Assembly: GCF_030144855.1 (NCBI RefSeq)
Contig: NC_082721.1
Location: forward strand, 43,276,001-43,340,000
Length of the DNA: 64,000 nucleotides
Direction of reading: 5' to 3'
Source of the DNA: Hypanus sabinus
Lineage: Eukaryota
The translations under genes and the position numbers were made by a program. Shown here one piece after another: positions 23,640 to 37,104 of the stretch. Below the pieces are notes generated by a model. That model did no database searches. It worked only from the letters and a program-made list of their open reading frames with translations, and was not told where the DNA came from. Each line of letters begins with the position of its first letter. Position 1 is the stretch's first letter.

Positions 23640-24410
23640 TTGCTTGCATCTTTTTTTTTTCTGTCTTTAATATCTCTATTTTTCCTTTTTAGGGTTCTTT
23701 TGAAGACCCTGACCTGGAGATCTTCTTTGCGGGAATGGGACCCGCCCTCGGGGGTCTCAAGACTGACCGTTATTCGATATGCCACGGACGCGGCCGAGAA
23801 GATTAGCTCGTCTTCAGAGCTTCGTGATCCCTTGGCTCTGCAGGTGGCCGGACTCGTGGTTGGTGTCTCTGCAGGAAATCTATGTTTGGTGGGAGACGAA
23901 AGATCGAAAGCAGCAAGCTGGCTGGTGGCTGTGCGCATAGAGATCGGAGTTCTTTGGACACAAAGCGCGGAAAAAGCGACGCAACGGAATTTTAACATCG
24001 TAAATCAACGAGTTGTTTGTTATATCTCCCCTCTCGCTGTGAAACGGAGACATCTCCTTTCCCCTTATTAGGAAGAGAGAGAACCTGTGGTAGGTCGAAT
24101 ACCGGGTGTCTTGGGGGTATCGCAAGTCTGTGTCTTCATGAATGCTTTGCTGCAGGCTTGAGTGCTCGGTGGGGGCGCCGATGTTTTTATTTCGTTGGTG
24201 GGGGAGGGGGCATTGTTGCTTTGCTGCTGCTTACGCGTGGCAGCGGGAGCTGGGGGGTGGGGCTTTGGGGTTCTGACATTGAACTGCCATTCATTCTTTG
24301 GGGCACTCCTCTGTTTTCGTGGATGTTTGCAAAGAAAAAGTATTTCAGGATGTATATTGTATACATTTCTCTGACATTACATGTACTTTTGATAACTTTG
24401 AAACCAGAAC
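23640..24410 (+). mobile_element. Young CpG-rich non-autonomous retroelement (probably Rex/L2-tailed)
   Basis: Sharp compositional boundary, retained CpGs, and a 3' end ...catttctctgacattacatgtacttttgataactttga resembling TTTGAA-type LINE tails. Confidence 0.5.
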
Positions 24411-24539
24411 AGAAATAACACCAATGAACAGAAGGGCTAAAATCATGGTTTGTCCGAAAACATAACCGAATAGTGATATGCTTCATTAAAGGACGGAAGC
24501 AATTCACCGAACAACACTTTATCGAGTAAAACTGACGCT

Positions 24540-24739
24540 NNNNNNNNNNNNNNNNNNNNNNNNNNNNNNNNNNNNNNNNNNNNNNNNNNNNNNNNNNNNN
24601 NNNNNNNNNNNNNNNNNNNNNNNNNNNNNNNNNNNNNNNNNNNNNNNNNNNNNNNNNNNNNNNNNNNNNNNNNNNNNNNNNNNNNNNNNNNNNNNNNNNN
24701 NNNNNNNNNNNNNNNNNNNNNNNNNNNNNNNNNNNNNNN
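24540..24739. other. Assembly gap (200 N)
   Basis: N run 1.8 kb upstream of the IgL C exon. Confidence 1.
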
Positions 24740-25390
24740 AGGCACCAAGACCTTGTTTGGCAAGCGGAGTGAGGAGTTCTCACAGTCAGATCCCTCCTGT
24801 ATGCCCGGGACATCACTACCTTTGATTTTTCTCTGTGAGAGGACTCTTGTTGGGATGAAACCGTCACTCGCCTCTTTGCAGACTGCGGGGTTACGAAGAA
24901 TGTATGAAAAAGAGTTCTAGGGCCTGCGTCACTGTTCATTCCGAGCAACGACTTGCCAGAAAATTGTCTGATCTACGTACTCTTTCCAAGGGCACATAGC
25001 GAGATAGAAACCGAGTGCCGCTGAAAGATTATGAGCTCATCGAAAGAGGCCCTTTGATCTGCACGGAAGCTGTTGGGCTGGTCAGCGAGATGCTGGTGGA
25101 GGAATGGTGCCGACAGGCACATTTCAGGCTGCAGGAGTACGTGTTGAGGATGTATTGAAGCTTGGTGCAGCCACCACAAGGGCTCGGTGGGGAAAGACCA
25201 CAGTATGGGAATAGGGAAGGAGCAGGTTTGACGAGGAAACTCCACAATTATTGCACTAAGTATAGGATCCAAGGGGCGACGTAACTTGAGAAGTCCTTAA
25301 TGCCTTTTCTTAGAATGAAAAAGGTATTACACAGTTTACTCTTATAAACCTTTATTTAATTGTGAATAAAGTTTATTTTGGTAAAATAAC
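24740..25390 (+). mobile_element. Tx1-clade LINE ORF2 3' end and UTR
   Basis: DSCWDETVTRLFADC zinc knuckle, LIYVLFPRAHSEIETEC..KI.SS.KEAL.SARKLL, GKDHS; AATAAA tail at about 25365. Confidence 0.8.
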
Positions 25391-26746
25391 CTTTGAGGTA
25401 TCATCTGAACTGAGTGTCTATCTCCAGTGCCCTCTGCAGTGGCCTGGCAACCCAACTTATTGTTTACAGCCACTTATACAAGGCCTTCACCAAACACCTT
25501 TGCTGGGTACCATTGGATTGGCAATAAATATTGGAGGTGCTAATGGCAGCCACATTCCAACAATGTGGAATATCTGAGGTTGACTAGAGTCCCAGGATCT
25601 GGAGCAATGCACTCATAGGAAATGGAGAACAGGAGTTTTGCACATGCATTTATCTTTTTTGAATGCCCAGGAAATTAAATCTGTCTCTTGAGTAAGTCAG
25701 AAAATATGTCATCAAACAGTGATGGTGCTTGAAACGTAGATTTTCCTTGTTAGTTGGAACAGTCTGATAAGAACACATCTGGCTGGGAATCTCAGCATAG
25801 GAATAGACACCCTGAACAATTTGGGACCTCAGGCTGCTTCCTGTTTCCTGGAGAACCACAGATACAGGATATGTTTTCAGTGGAGGAACATGTCTTTTAG
25901 GGCTTGAAGCTTGAGCAACAACAGTCCATCCAAAAGGCTGGATGTTTCACATACAGCAGTTTTCAGTTGGTGATCATCCTTTAGCTAAAGTGATTGCATG
26001 CAGTGGGGAGACTGGGATATCACAAGACAGACAGAAGAGCAGGTAAGTGGATCAGGAGTCCCCTGAGGATACCTTGCTCTCTAACTGTATGATATTCAGT
26101 GTACTGATTGGGGATATTATTCCCCCAGGGACAGAGGCATGGCCAGACAAATGAATTCATTGTGCAGGCCGAGGATCAGGAAAAGGAATAAGTCTTCATT
26201 TGTAGAGCAGAACATTAAACTGTACATGAAAGGAATAGGCCTATTCCCCATGTGCCAATAATGATATCAAATTAAAGTAAACTAATCTGCTTTCACAAGG
26301 TCTATATCCTGGCTATATTCCCTTGGCTGCTGCAGATCCCTTCCACATGTCAAAGGGGTGCAGGGGTAGCTGCTGTGAATTGCCCCATGTATGTGTCGGT
26401 AACTGGTAGAATCTGAGAGAATTTGAATAGAATGTTATGGTCAGGGAATGGAATAGGATTAGTGCATGGTTAAACAAAATACAGGCTCGATGGCCAGCAC
26501 TGGCAAGTTGGGCTGATGGGCCTGGTTCCATGCCATAGGAATGTCACATATTACATAGTGAATGTGAAGCAGAATATTGCAAACAACCAGAATTTAAGGA
26601 GGTAGTGGGAGCATTAGGTAGTAGAACAAGAATGGTGATTAATTCTCTTGCTTCACTTTGTGGGTGTAGTAAAGTGTAGATACATGTTTATCTGAATAAG
26701 TAGCGCAGAAGGGAGTCTGAAGACCCATGGGTGATTAGGATCTGTT

Positions 26747-26748
<2 letters not shown>

Positions 26749-26780
<32 letters not shown>
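26749..26780. repeat. (TG)16 microsatellite
   Basis: Direct reading. Confidence 1.
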
Positions 26781-26782
<2 letters not shown>

Positions 26783-27058
26783 TGTGCATGAGAGGGTGAG
26801 GTGTGTTGGTGTAGGCAGCTCAGGCCAGACAGTGAGGCCAGAGTTGTGAGCAGCATTGTCCAGTGGGGATGTAAGATAAATGGTCTATAAAGGAATAAAT
26901 TGAGAGAAATATCTTCAGAGCAGAAATAGACATTTTTACAGAAAGGACAAAATTATTATTAAATACAAGAAGCTTCACATAAGATTTATGGAATGCACAA
27001 ATTCAAGAAGTTAATGAAATAAAACTAATGATTGTGGTTTGATGATATTTTAATAGTT

Positions 27059-28820
27059 GATCCCTTAGAGAATCAAAGTGGCCAGCTATGTGCGGAGCCA
27101 AAAGAGATGGGGGAGATTTTGAACAATTTATTTTCTTCGGTATTCACTAAGGAGAAGAATATTGAATTGCGTAAGATTTATGGAAACTATGATGATTAAA
27201 AGTGAGGAAGTATTGGCACTTTTAAAGCATATAAAAGTGGATAAATCTCTGGGTCCTGAAAGGATATTCCCTACGACCTTGAGGGAAGTTAGTGTAGAAA
27301 TAGGAGGGGCTCTGACAGAAATATTTCAAATGTCATTAGAGACTGGGATAGTGCCGGAGGATTGGCGTATTGCTCATGTAGTTCCATTGTTTAAAAAGGT
27401 TTCTAAGAGTAAATCTAGCAATTATCGGCCTGTAAGTTTGATGTCAGTGGTAGGTAAGTTAATGAAAAGTATTCTTAGAGATGGTATATATAATTATCTG
27501 GATAGACAGGGTCTGATTAGGAACAGTCAACATGGATTTGTGCATGGAAGGTCATGTTTGACAAATCTTATTGAATTTTTTGAAGAGGTTACTAGGAAAG
27601 TTGATGAGGGTAAAACAGTGGATGTTGTCTATATGGACTTCAGTAAGGCTGTTGACAAGGTTCCACATGGAAGGTTAGTTATGAAGGTTCAATCGTTATG
27701 TCTTAATAATGAAGTAGTAAAATGGATTCAACAGTGGCTGGATGGGAGATGCCAGAGAGTAGTGATGGATAACTGTTTGTCAGGTTGGAGGCCGTTGACC
27801 AGTGGTATGCCTCAGGGATCTGTACTGGGTCCAATGTTGTTTGTCATATACATTAATGATCTGGATGATGGGATGGTAAATTGGATTAGTAAGAATGCAG
27901 ATGATACTAAGATAGGTGGCATTGTGGATAATGAAGTAGGTTTTCAAAGCTTGCAGAGAGCTTTAGGCCAGTTAGAAGAGTGGGCTGAAAGATGAAAGAT
28001 GAAGTTTAATGCTGATAAGTGTGGGGTGCAACATTTTGGTAGGACTAATCAAAATAGGATATATGTGGTAAACGGTAGGGCATTGAAGAATGCAGTAGAA
28101 CAGAGTGATCTAGGAATAATGGTGCATAGTTCCCTGAAGGTGGAATCTCATGTGGATAGGTTGGTGAAGAAAGCTTTTGGTATGCTGGCCTTTATAAATC
28201 AGGGCATTGAGTATAGGGGTTCAGATGTAATGTTAAAATTGTACAAGGCATTGGTGAGGCCAAATTTGGAGTATTGTGTACAGTTCTGGTCACCGAATTA
28301 TAGGAAAGATGTCAACAAAATAGAAAGAGTACAGAGGAAATTTATTAGAATGTTACCTGGGTTTCAGCACCTAAGTTACAGAGAAAGGTTGAACAAGTTA
28401 GGTCTTTATTCTTTGGAGTGTAGAAGGTTGAGGAGGGACTTGATAGAGGTATTTATAATTATGAGGGGGATAGATAAAGCTGATATGGATAGGCTTTTTC
28501 CATTGAGAGTAGGGGAGATTCAAACAAGAGGACATGAATTGAGAGTAAGGGGACAAAAGTTTAGTGGTAACACAAGGGGGAACTCATTTACTCAGAGAGT
28601 GGAAACTGTGTGGAATGAGCTTTGAGTAGAAGTGGTAGAGGCAGGTTTGATTTTGTCATTTAAAAAAAAAATTGGATAGGTATATGGACAGGAAAGGAAT
28701 GGAGGGTTATGGGCTGAGTGCAAGTAGGTGGCATTAGGTGAGAGTAAGCATTCGGCACGGACTAGAATGGCCGGGACGGCCTGTTTCCATGCTGTAATTG
28801 TTATATGGTTATATGGTTAT
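27059..28820 (+). mobile_element. 5'-truncated CR1 (same family as 17940-21452, slightly older)
   Basis: ORFs 27162..27995 and 27999..28625 are RT; (ATATGGTT)n tail. Confidence 0.95.
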
Positions 28821-29164
28821 AACTTACATCCAGTCAGCTTTTCTGGGATCTGAAGCAGCTTATGAGACTAAGTAAGACACACAGACTCTTTTGTGGAGGA
28901 GGAGGTCCACAGGTGATGTGTGTGCAGTCTGTCAGAATTTCTGTTCTCTCCATTACTGGTACAGGACCACAATGTCCTACTGATCCATGGGCTTGAGGTT
29001 CTACCTTCTCATAACTGAGTGCCCCTTTTCAACCTAATTGGTCATAGGCTGGAGAGTCCAGAAGTCAGTGACGCTGTTGTATTTCTTCTAGGAGGCTTTG
29101 ACCACATATTGAAATTGTACTTTCTGTCCACCAGATAAACACTTACAATAGCAGAGCTTGAAAT

Positions 29165-30010
29165 ACGATATATATTTCAACAATACAGCGGGACATCGAT
29201 AAGATGCAGAACTGGGCTGAGAAATGGCAGATGGACTTCAACCCAGATAAGTTGAAGTAGTTAATTTTCATAGGTCCAATTTGAAGACAATATATAAAAT
29301 AAATGGTAAGACTCTAGGCAGTGTGGAGGATCTGAGAGATCTTGGGGTCCATATGAATTGACACTCAAATCTGCTGCGCAAGTTGACAGCGTAGTTATGA
29401 AGGTGTATGGTCTATTGCCATTCAACAATTGTGGGATTGAGTTGAAGAGCCGTGAGGTAATGTTACAGCTATATAAGACCTTGGCCAGACCCTACTTAGA
29501 GTACTGTGTTCAGTTCTGGTCACCTCACTACAGGAAGGATATGGAGACTATAGAGAGAGTGCAGAGAAGATTTACAAGGATGTTGCCTGGATTGGTGGGT
29601 GTACCTTATCAGAATATGTTGAGTGTACTTGGCCTTTTCTCCTTGGAGTGATGGAGGATAAGAGATGACCTGATACAGACATATAACATGAAGATAGGCA
29701 GAGTTTCCCAGAGCTGAAATGGCTACACAAGGGGAATAATTTTAAGGTGCTTGAAAGCAGGTATCAAGGGGATGTCAGGGGTAAGATCTTAACACAGGAT
29801 GTGGTGGCTGTACGGAATACACTGCAGGTGAAGGCAGTGATAGCAGATACAATAGGTCCTTTTAAGAGCCTCTTAGATAGGTACATGGATTTTAGAAAAA
29901 TAGAGGGCTATGCACTAGGGAAATTCTAGGCAGTCTCTAGAGTAGGTTACATGGTCTGCACAACATGGTGAGCCTGTAATGTGCTCTAAATTTCTATGTT
30001 CTATGTTCTA
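29165..30010 (+). mobile_element. CR1 3' fragment, (TTCTATG)n-tailed family
   Basis: LEYCVQFWSPHYRKD (ORF 29358..29651); ttctatgttctatgttcta tail. Confidence 0.9.
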
Positions 30011-31029
30011 GTAAGGACTCAGGTATGTGAACAATGTTTCCTGTCCAATATACAAAACTTCATGTAACTATGCTCTTAGGACTGCAAGTATTGGCCTGGG
30101 AAACTTGACATTGGTTCAGTTGTCCCTGCAGAGAATTTTGTGGAGTTTCTGTGGGTGGTAGTTTGTATTGCCATGAGATGCCTTCTGTAATTAAGGTAGA
30201 GTTCAGATGTATCTCAAAATATAGTGATCAGTGTTCCCTGGTGAATTGTGAGCTATGTGATAGTTGAGTAGAAGGTTAATTCTGTAGTATTCCTCAACAA
30301 ATGTGTGAGCAACTCTATGTGTATGCAAAAATACTAGAATCGCCTGTACAAAGCAGGCCGGCAACTGAGTTTTGGAAACTCTGGTCCAAAAGAGCAGACA
30401 TGTTGGTTGAAGAGTTTCCTATTAGTTCTGGGGAACATCTGCTCTCCTTCTGGAAGGTTGTTGGAGGTGAGGTAAAACATAGGAGCAAAACAATATAAGA
30501 AAAGTGTTCAGGCAAGTCTGCAAGTTTGACACTGGTCTTCATAAAGAATGATTCTGTTGTTAAACATTTGAGGATTAAATGTAAGATAGAATTGAATTTG
30601 ATTGTGAACCAAATTTGGGAAGGATGTTCTATAGCCTCTCCTGATTGATGGAGTCAGAGGTGTATTTGTATTTGTGCAGTGATGATCCCCTGAGCTTGTG
30701 GGTTAATGAATTTCACACTGTGATTCAGGGAGCAGTTCTGCGGTGACTGATGAAGGTGACTAAGGAGGACTCTGGCATTTACTCCCACTGTGGTGGCGAG
30801 TCAGGTGACTGTTCTGTAGTTACCAGAGTTGGATTTGTTTCTATGACAATCTATGCCTGTGAACATCTTGAAATATTGATTAATGAGATCAATATAATTG
30901 TAATGGTGGTGACTGAATCTATTCGCTTGTCAAAACTCACAGGGGACATTGATCAGTTTGGTAACTGTTGAAAAGAATGGCAAACAGTGTTCCATACAGA
31001 TAGCTGTAAGGTGTTAATTCTTTGTTTCC

Positions 31030-31350
31030 TGCTATGCATGATGTGGGCAGTTGTGGTCTTTCCATGACCATGATTGTTCTTGGCAAATATTTCCCCAGAA
31101 GTGGTTTACCATTGCCTTCTTCTGGACAGCGTTCTTATAAGAAGGGTGACCCCAGCCACAATCAAAGCTTTTCAGAGATTGTCTGTCTGGTGTCAGTGGT
31201 AGCGTATCTTGGAGTTGTGATATGTACCAGCTACTCATACTAGCATCCATCAGCTGCTCCCATGGCTTATTGTGACCCTAATCATCATGGGGGGTGGGGT
31301 TAAGCATGGGATACACCTTGCCTAAGGATGACCTGCAGTTTAACAGAGGG
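31030..31350 (-). mobile_element. SINE-like element with an RTE/BovB-type 3' tail
   Basis: aagtggtttaccattgccttct is the reverse complement of an RTE-type tail; it interrupts an old CR1 (30960-31990). Confidence 0.5.
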
Positions 31351-33429
31351 AACAAGTGGTATACGTCTCCTTTGGTGGAGAAGTGTTACTAGCTCACTAC
31401 CAAGGTATTACTTTTTGAGAAAATGTATCAGGATAGGACATTCACAGAAAATGGTAGGGCTCTGTTTAGTGTTGTGGAATAGAAAAAACCTAGGAGCAAA
31501 ATTACATAGTTTCCTGAATGCCATCACAGCTATAAAGAATTGAGAAGAAGTCATTTGGCACACCACACTGGCCAAATCAGTCAGGGCACAAAATATAGGA
31601 TCAGGACACTATGTTACAGTTACCAAGTCATGGATGAGGCTGTACCTGGAATATTGTGTACAGTGTTCATCGCCCTGTTATTGGAACAATGTCATTAAAC
31701 CTCAAAGAGAGCAAAAATAATTTCTGTGAACGTTGGTAATATCTGAGTGTTATAGGAGGAGGTTGGGTAGGTGAGGACCTTCTCCTTGAAGTGCAGGAGA
31801 CTGAAGTGTGAACTTACAAAGTTATAAAATATGAAGTGGGAGTATAGATCGAGCAAATCTAGACAGTCCTATTTCCAGTCATGGGGAAAGGAAAACTAAA
31901 GGGGCTAGGTTGATAGTGAAAGGGAAAAGAATTAGAAGAGACCTAAGGAGTAATTTCATGCAGAGTGCAGTATGCATATGGAAAGAACTGTCAGAGGCAG
32001 GTATAATAATAACAAGGTCTTGCAATGTGTATCTGCTCCTAATGAGGAAACAGAAATAAAATAGAAAGTAGCAGTGACAAGTTTTAATCAGACTGGAGGA
32101 AGGAGTGAGTGAGTACCCCTGTAATGATTATGAGTATCACCCTTTTGCCTATTTCTATTAATGAGTTGCACTTGGGTTCAGAGGACACAATCTCCAGATT
32201 AGTAGGTGGCACAAAACTGAGAGGCACAATGAAGTTTGAGGCTGACAGCAATAGAAATTAAGGAGGCAGTGGCAGGCTGGTGAAGTGGTGGAACAGGTGA
32301 CAGAGAGAGACATAGACACAGTGAAACTAGGAACAGTAATAGGCCTTCAGCCACTCAACATGATCATGACTAATCATTTACTTCAGAACCTGTTCTCAAT
32401 GTCCCCAAATCCCTTCATTGATTTAGCACTAAGAAGTATATCCACATTCCTCTTGGAAATTTTTAATGACTTGGACTCCACCTCTGGTTTTGGCCCCTCT
32501 CCAGCAATTGACTATATTTACCTTGAGATGGATCTGTCCAGTTCTTTTGAAATTCTAAAGATTACTGTGAGAACCTCTTATTCCTCTTTACTTAGGTGAA
32601 TATTGGCCTTTCCAACTCATTCTCCCTTCATACAAATATACTGAATGTAGCAAGTGCACACGTACCTTGGTTGGGGACCTCATTGTCCATCACTGGATCT
32701 GACTTGGATTCCCACCATTACAAAATGACTTTGTATTGAATTACCTATCTGCTACACTGGGTCTTGGTAGTGAGTGAAATTTGTTGGGGCTTGGTATCCT
32801 ATGTTCTTGAACAGATACAATACTTTTCTCTAGTTGTCAATGTGGAAAAATACTCAGATTTGTTCTGTTCATCAAAAGCAGTACAAATCCAATCCAGCTA
32901 ATTTCTTTTTTTTTTTGGTCACCTCTCACTCATCAGCAAAGGTTGAACGTTTCATGGGCAATGTTATTGAAAGTCATTTACACAGCAATAATTTCATAAT
33001 GAACCACACATTGATTTTCACAGAAACATTTGGCTTTAGATATTCAGGAGATAGAAGAGACAATAAATAAAGGGAATTCATATTATAGAATGTGTATATT
33101 AGCAAGGAAATTATATAGTAATGTTGTTAACTGACCCTGTATTGACTGGGATTACCCCAGTGTGAGGGGCTTAGATAGGTGAAAGTTGTAAAGTATATCC
33201 CCAAGTCTTTTCTGCCATAGGACTGGTCTGTACCCGACCTTACCTTGGGAGTGAGTCTCAAGAAGTGACTGAAGTGTCAGTAAAGAGCATTTCAGTGACA
33301 GTGGGAATAGTTCTGTACATTTCAAAGCAGAATTGTGAAGTGATCATACCTGTCTGGGAAAGCCGATTCCAGTAATAGGTAAAGCTGAGTGGGAGAAGCT
33401 GCTTTGGGTACAAACAACATCCAACTAGT

Positions 33430-34018
33430 GGGCAACACACACAAAATGCTGGTGGAATGCAGCAGGCCAGGCAGCATCTATAGAGAGAAGCACTGTTGAA
33501 GTTTTGGGCTGAGACCCTTTGTCAGGACTAACTGAAAGGAAAAATAGTAAGAGATTTGAAAGTAGGAGGGGGAGGGGAAAATGCAAAATGATAGGAGAAG
33601 ATCGGAGGGGGAGCGGTGAAGCTAAGAGCCAGAAAGGTGATTGGCAAAAGGGATACAGAGCTTGAGAAGGGAAAGGATCATGGGATGGGAGGTCTAGGGA
33701 GAAAGAAAGGGGGAGGGGAGCACCAGAGGGTGATGGAGAACAGGCAAAGTGATGGCCAGAGAAAGAGAAAAGAACTAAATATATCAGGGATGGGGTATGA
33801 AGGGGAGGAAGGGCATTAACGGAAGTTAGAAGTCAATGTTCATGCCATCAGGTTGGAGGCTACCCAGCTGGTATATAAGGTGTTGCTCCTCCAACTTGAG
33901 TGTGGGTTCATCTTGACAGTAGAGGAGGTCTTGGATAGACATATCAGAATGGGAATGGGATGTGGAATTAAAATGTATGGTCACTGGGAGATCCTGCTTT
34001 CTCTGGCAGACAGAGCTT
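33430..34018 (-). mobile_element. Penelope-like 3' fragment with pLTR
   Basis: ORF 33826..34053 GIY-YIG C-terminus (LPVTIHFN..H..EEQHLIY.LGSLQPDGMN); pLTR homologous to 1555-2420. Confidence 0.9.
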
Positions 34019-35689
34019 AGAGCACCCGAGTTTGTTAATTGTTGTTTCAACAAGAATCATTAATTGCTGGTGTCTTCTGTCTAATCTTGCTAAGTTTATT
34101 CTGACTGGCATAGGTTTTCCATGTGCTGTGATTATTTGAGTGGAATCCCAATTATCACTTATAATGGGGTAAAGGGTTTGAGAAAGTTATGTCCTGTGGT
34201 GTGGCCACAGAGTTTTTTTTGGAACTCTTATGAATTAAACCTGGTCAGCATCTCCATATCAGAGTACATCTTTCCTCCACACTTCGGTTCAGCCTTTTCG
34301 CGTGCACACCATGACAATCTTGACATTGAGTAGCTTCTGATGGGATGCATCCCAGACTAAAGCTGGAGGCAAAGGGGTACACTGCTACATTCTTGAGAGA
34401 GAACATTGAACTTTGTTTGCCACAGATGAGATACCACATGACTGGTGATTAGCAAATGTGGTTCCATTATTCAGAAAGTGCAGTAGGTATAAGCCAGGTA
34501 GGCACAGGTCTCAAGTCCTAAATCAGTGGAAAGAAATTACTAAAAATGTCACAGGTACACAATATATTCACATTTGGAAAGGCGGATATTAATCAGAGCA
34601 TAGTGAGTATGGTTATCTTTGTGGGAAAGCGTGTTTCAATAATTTACTGAATTTTCAGGTATAATGAGAGATTGGATCAACTGAGTTTGTTCCCTGTGAA
34701 CTTTGAGAAGTCAAGGTAAGAGGTGATGGTTGCATACAAAATTATGAGGAAGAGAGAGGGTAGACATAAAGGATACTTTTCCAGTTGATCGAGAGTCTTA
34801 AACTAGTGAGGCCGGATATTTATTGGAAACCTAAGGGGAATTTTCCACTTAAAGACTGGTGGGAATCTGGAAGATGATTCTTGAGAAAATGGTAGAATCT
34901 AGTAGTCTCTACAAACACTTGAATTGCAGAGAAGATTACAGCCCAAAAGCAAATAAGTTGGGCTGGTACAGAAACTAAATTGCTTGGCATGGACATGGTG
35001 GTCTGAACGGCCCATTTCTGTGCTGTATAACTTTGTGACTTATCATAGCCTTGGTTCAAACATTGACCAAAGAGCTGAACTCTAGAGGTAAACAGAGATT
35101 TACTGCCCTTGTTATCTAGGCAGAATTTGACCAAATGTAACATCAAAGAGTTCTATTAACGCTTAAGTTAATGGGTATCGTTATGGAAATACACCAAAGA
35201 CTGAAATCATTATTCACATTAAGGATAATGTTGTCATTCATAAATGTCAGTGTTCCCATTCTGGGGATGTCACTGCAGGAGATTCTCATGGAGTATATTC
35301 AACACAGCCATGTTTAGATGCTTCATCAATGACCTTCCTTCCATTGTAAGAACAGAAACAGGAAAGTGGATTGATGAGTGAAATTCTTCAGCTCATCCAC
35401 TAGTTCATAACTACATGTAGCAAGTCCTGGACAACATTCAAGAATGGGCTTATAAGGGGCAAGTACTGTTCACATGGCAAATATGCCAGACTAGGGTCAT
35501 GTCCCAGAAGAGTATGTCAAGGTACCTACACATGGCATTCAGTGCCATTACCTTCACAATATTTCCCCATTTACTCTACAACATCAAAGACAAGAACAAA
35601 ATGGAATACTCCCCACTTTGGGAGATGAGTACAGGTCCAAAATCATTTCAGAAGCTCAACACCATCTAGCAGAAGGCAGCCCAATTACC

Positions 35690-35945
35690 CCCACCAAGAA
35701 TAGTAACTTCATCATGGATAGTCTGAAACCCCAGTGAAAGGTGGAGTTTTTGCCATGGGGTTAGCATCCTGTAAAAAGACTAGAGCTACAGAAGCACCAA
35801 CAGAAGCTTCAGAAACCTCATACCTGGGAGAGGAGGGGTTTTCAAAGATGGGCTACACCTGGGTACAACTTTAAAGACTGGCCCAGGACAGTGGACTACG
35901 CCTGTAGAGTATGATCTAGGAAGATGATAGGCTTAAACAAACAAA
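35690..35945 (+). mobile_element. Short RTE-clade non-autonomous element
   Basis: gggctacacctgggtacaactt.aaagactggcccaggacag (GYTW..L..LAQD) 3'-end motif and (AAAC)n tail. Confidence 0.5.
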
Positions 35946-37104
35946 CATCAACATTCGATGCATCCACCACAAGTGTACAATGGATGTAGTGTTGTCCATT
36001 GACAAAATGTCCTGCTATTACTTCCCAAGGTCACTCTGTCAACACATCCCAAATCTTGGAGCTCTACTACCAAGTACACAAGGCAGAACTAACAGGAAAT
36101 TCCACCTGCAAGTTTACATCCAAATCACAAACTATCCTAACTTAGAAATATCTAGTTAATAGATAAAAAAATATGCATTCTTGGACCCTAGAAAATTTCT
36201 ACATATGTACTGTGTTAGCCAAGTAATCTGATTGTTTAACTTTTGAGAGAAAGTAACTATAACGTGAATGGTTTAAGTCTGAAAAATATTGTGTGACATA
36301 CAGCCACACGTGAGTTCACTTGAGTTAGATCTATCACTTTCTCTATCTTGATATCACAGCCGTTATATTAATACAGGGAGGTTCTATTGTAATAGTTAGA
36401 AGGAAGTCAAATACATATCCTGAAACTGCAGGATGGTGGGTAGGGGCAGGAGGATGTAATGTTTTTAATAATGAGCTGGTCTGAGGTGAACAGGCCAAAT
36501 GTCCTCACTTTCTCTAGCAACCATTCTCTTTCACTATTATTTACCCTCTTATCATGAGCTCTAATTCCAAGACAGTGAATTTAGTGCTGGCATCTCCCAA
36601 GTTAAACTTCTTTTCTTTTGTGCAGTTAATAAGGTTGACAATTGCCTGGCATTTTGCAGTTTCTTCATTTGTTCCTGTACTGTCTGGTCACTGAGATTAA
36701 ACGACAGCACCCATCTCCAATAGATTACTACTCCATTTGTAGCTCCCTTTGATAATATTGTCCTGAAGATTCTTCAGGAGTCAAAAACAGCTGCCAGATT
36801 TATGGCTACAGTTGTTTTATCAGATATTCATTATCGCAGAGGTCAGGTAAGTTCAGCCTGTACCAGCAAGCAAAGCAGAAAAATAACAAAGGTATGTGAG
36901 CAGATGTTTCACTTTCATATTGGACAAACAGTCGGACTGCTCCCTGATTGGAAACTTCACATCAGTGATTCACACTTCATTTTGGCAAATATTCAGTAAA
37001 AACAGATGCACCACTGGTTTCTGAAAGTCCACACATAAATAGATTCAAGATTCAAGGTTCAAGATTTGCAGCCACTATACATGTGTACAGGCAAATCAGA
37101 TCAG

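Noticed and set aside
32325-32350. KAYYCS on the minus strand
   Set aside because: Followed by a stop, derived from a CR1 tail, and has no V framework.
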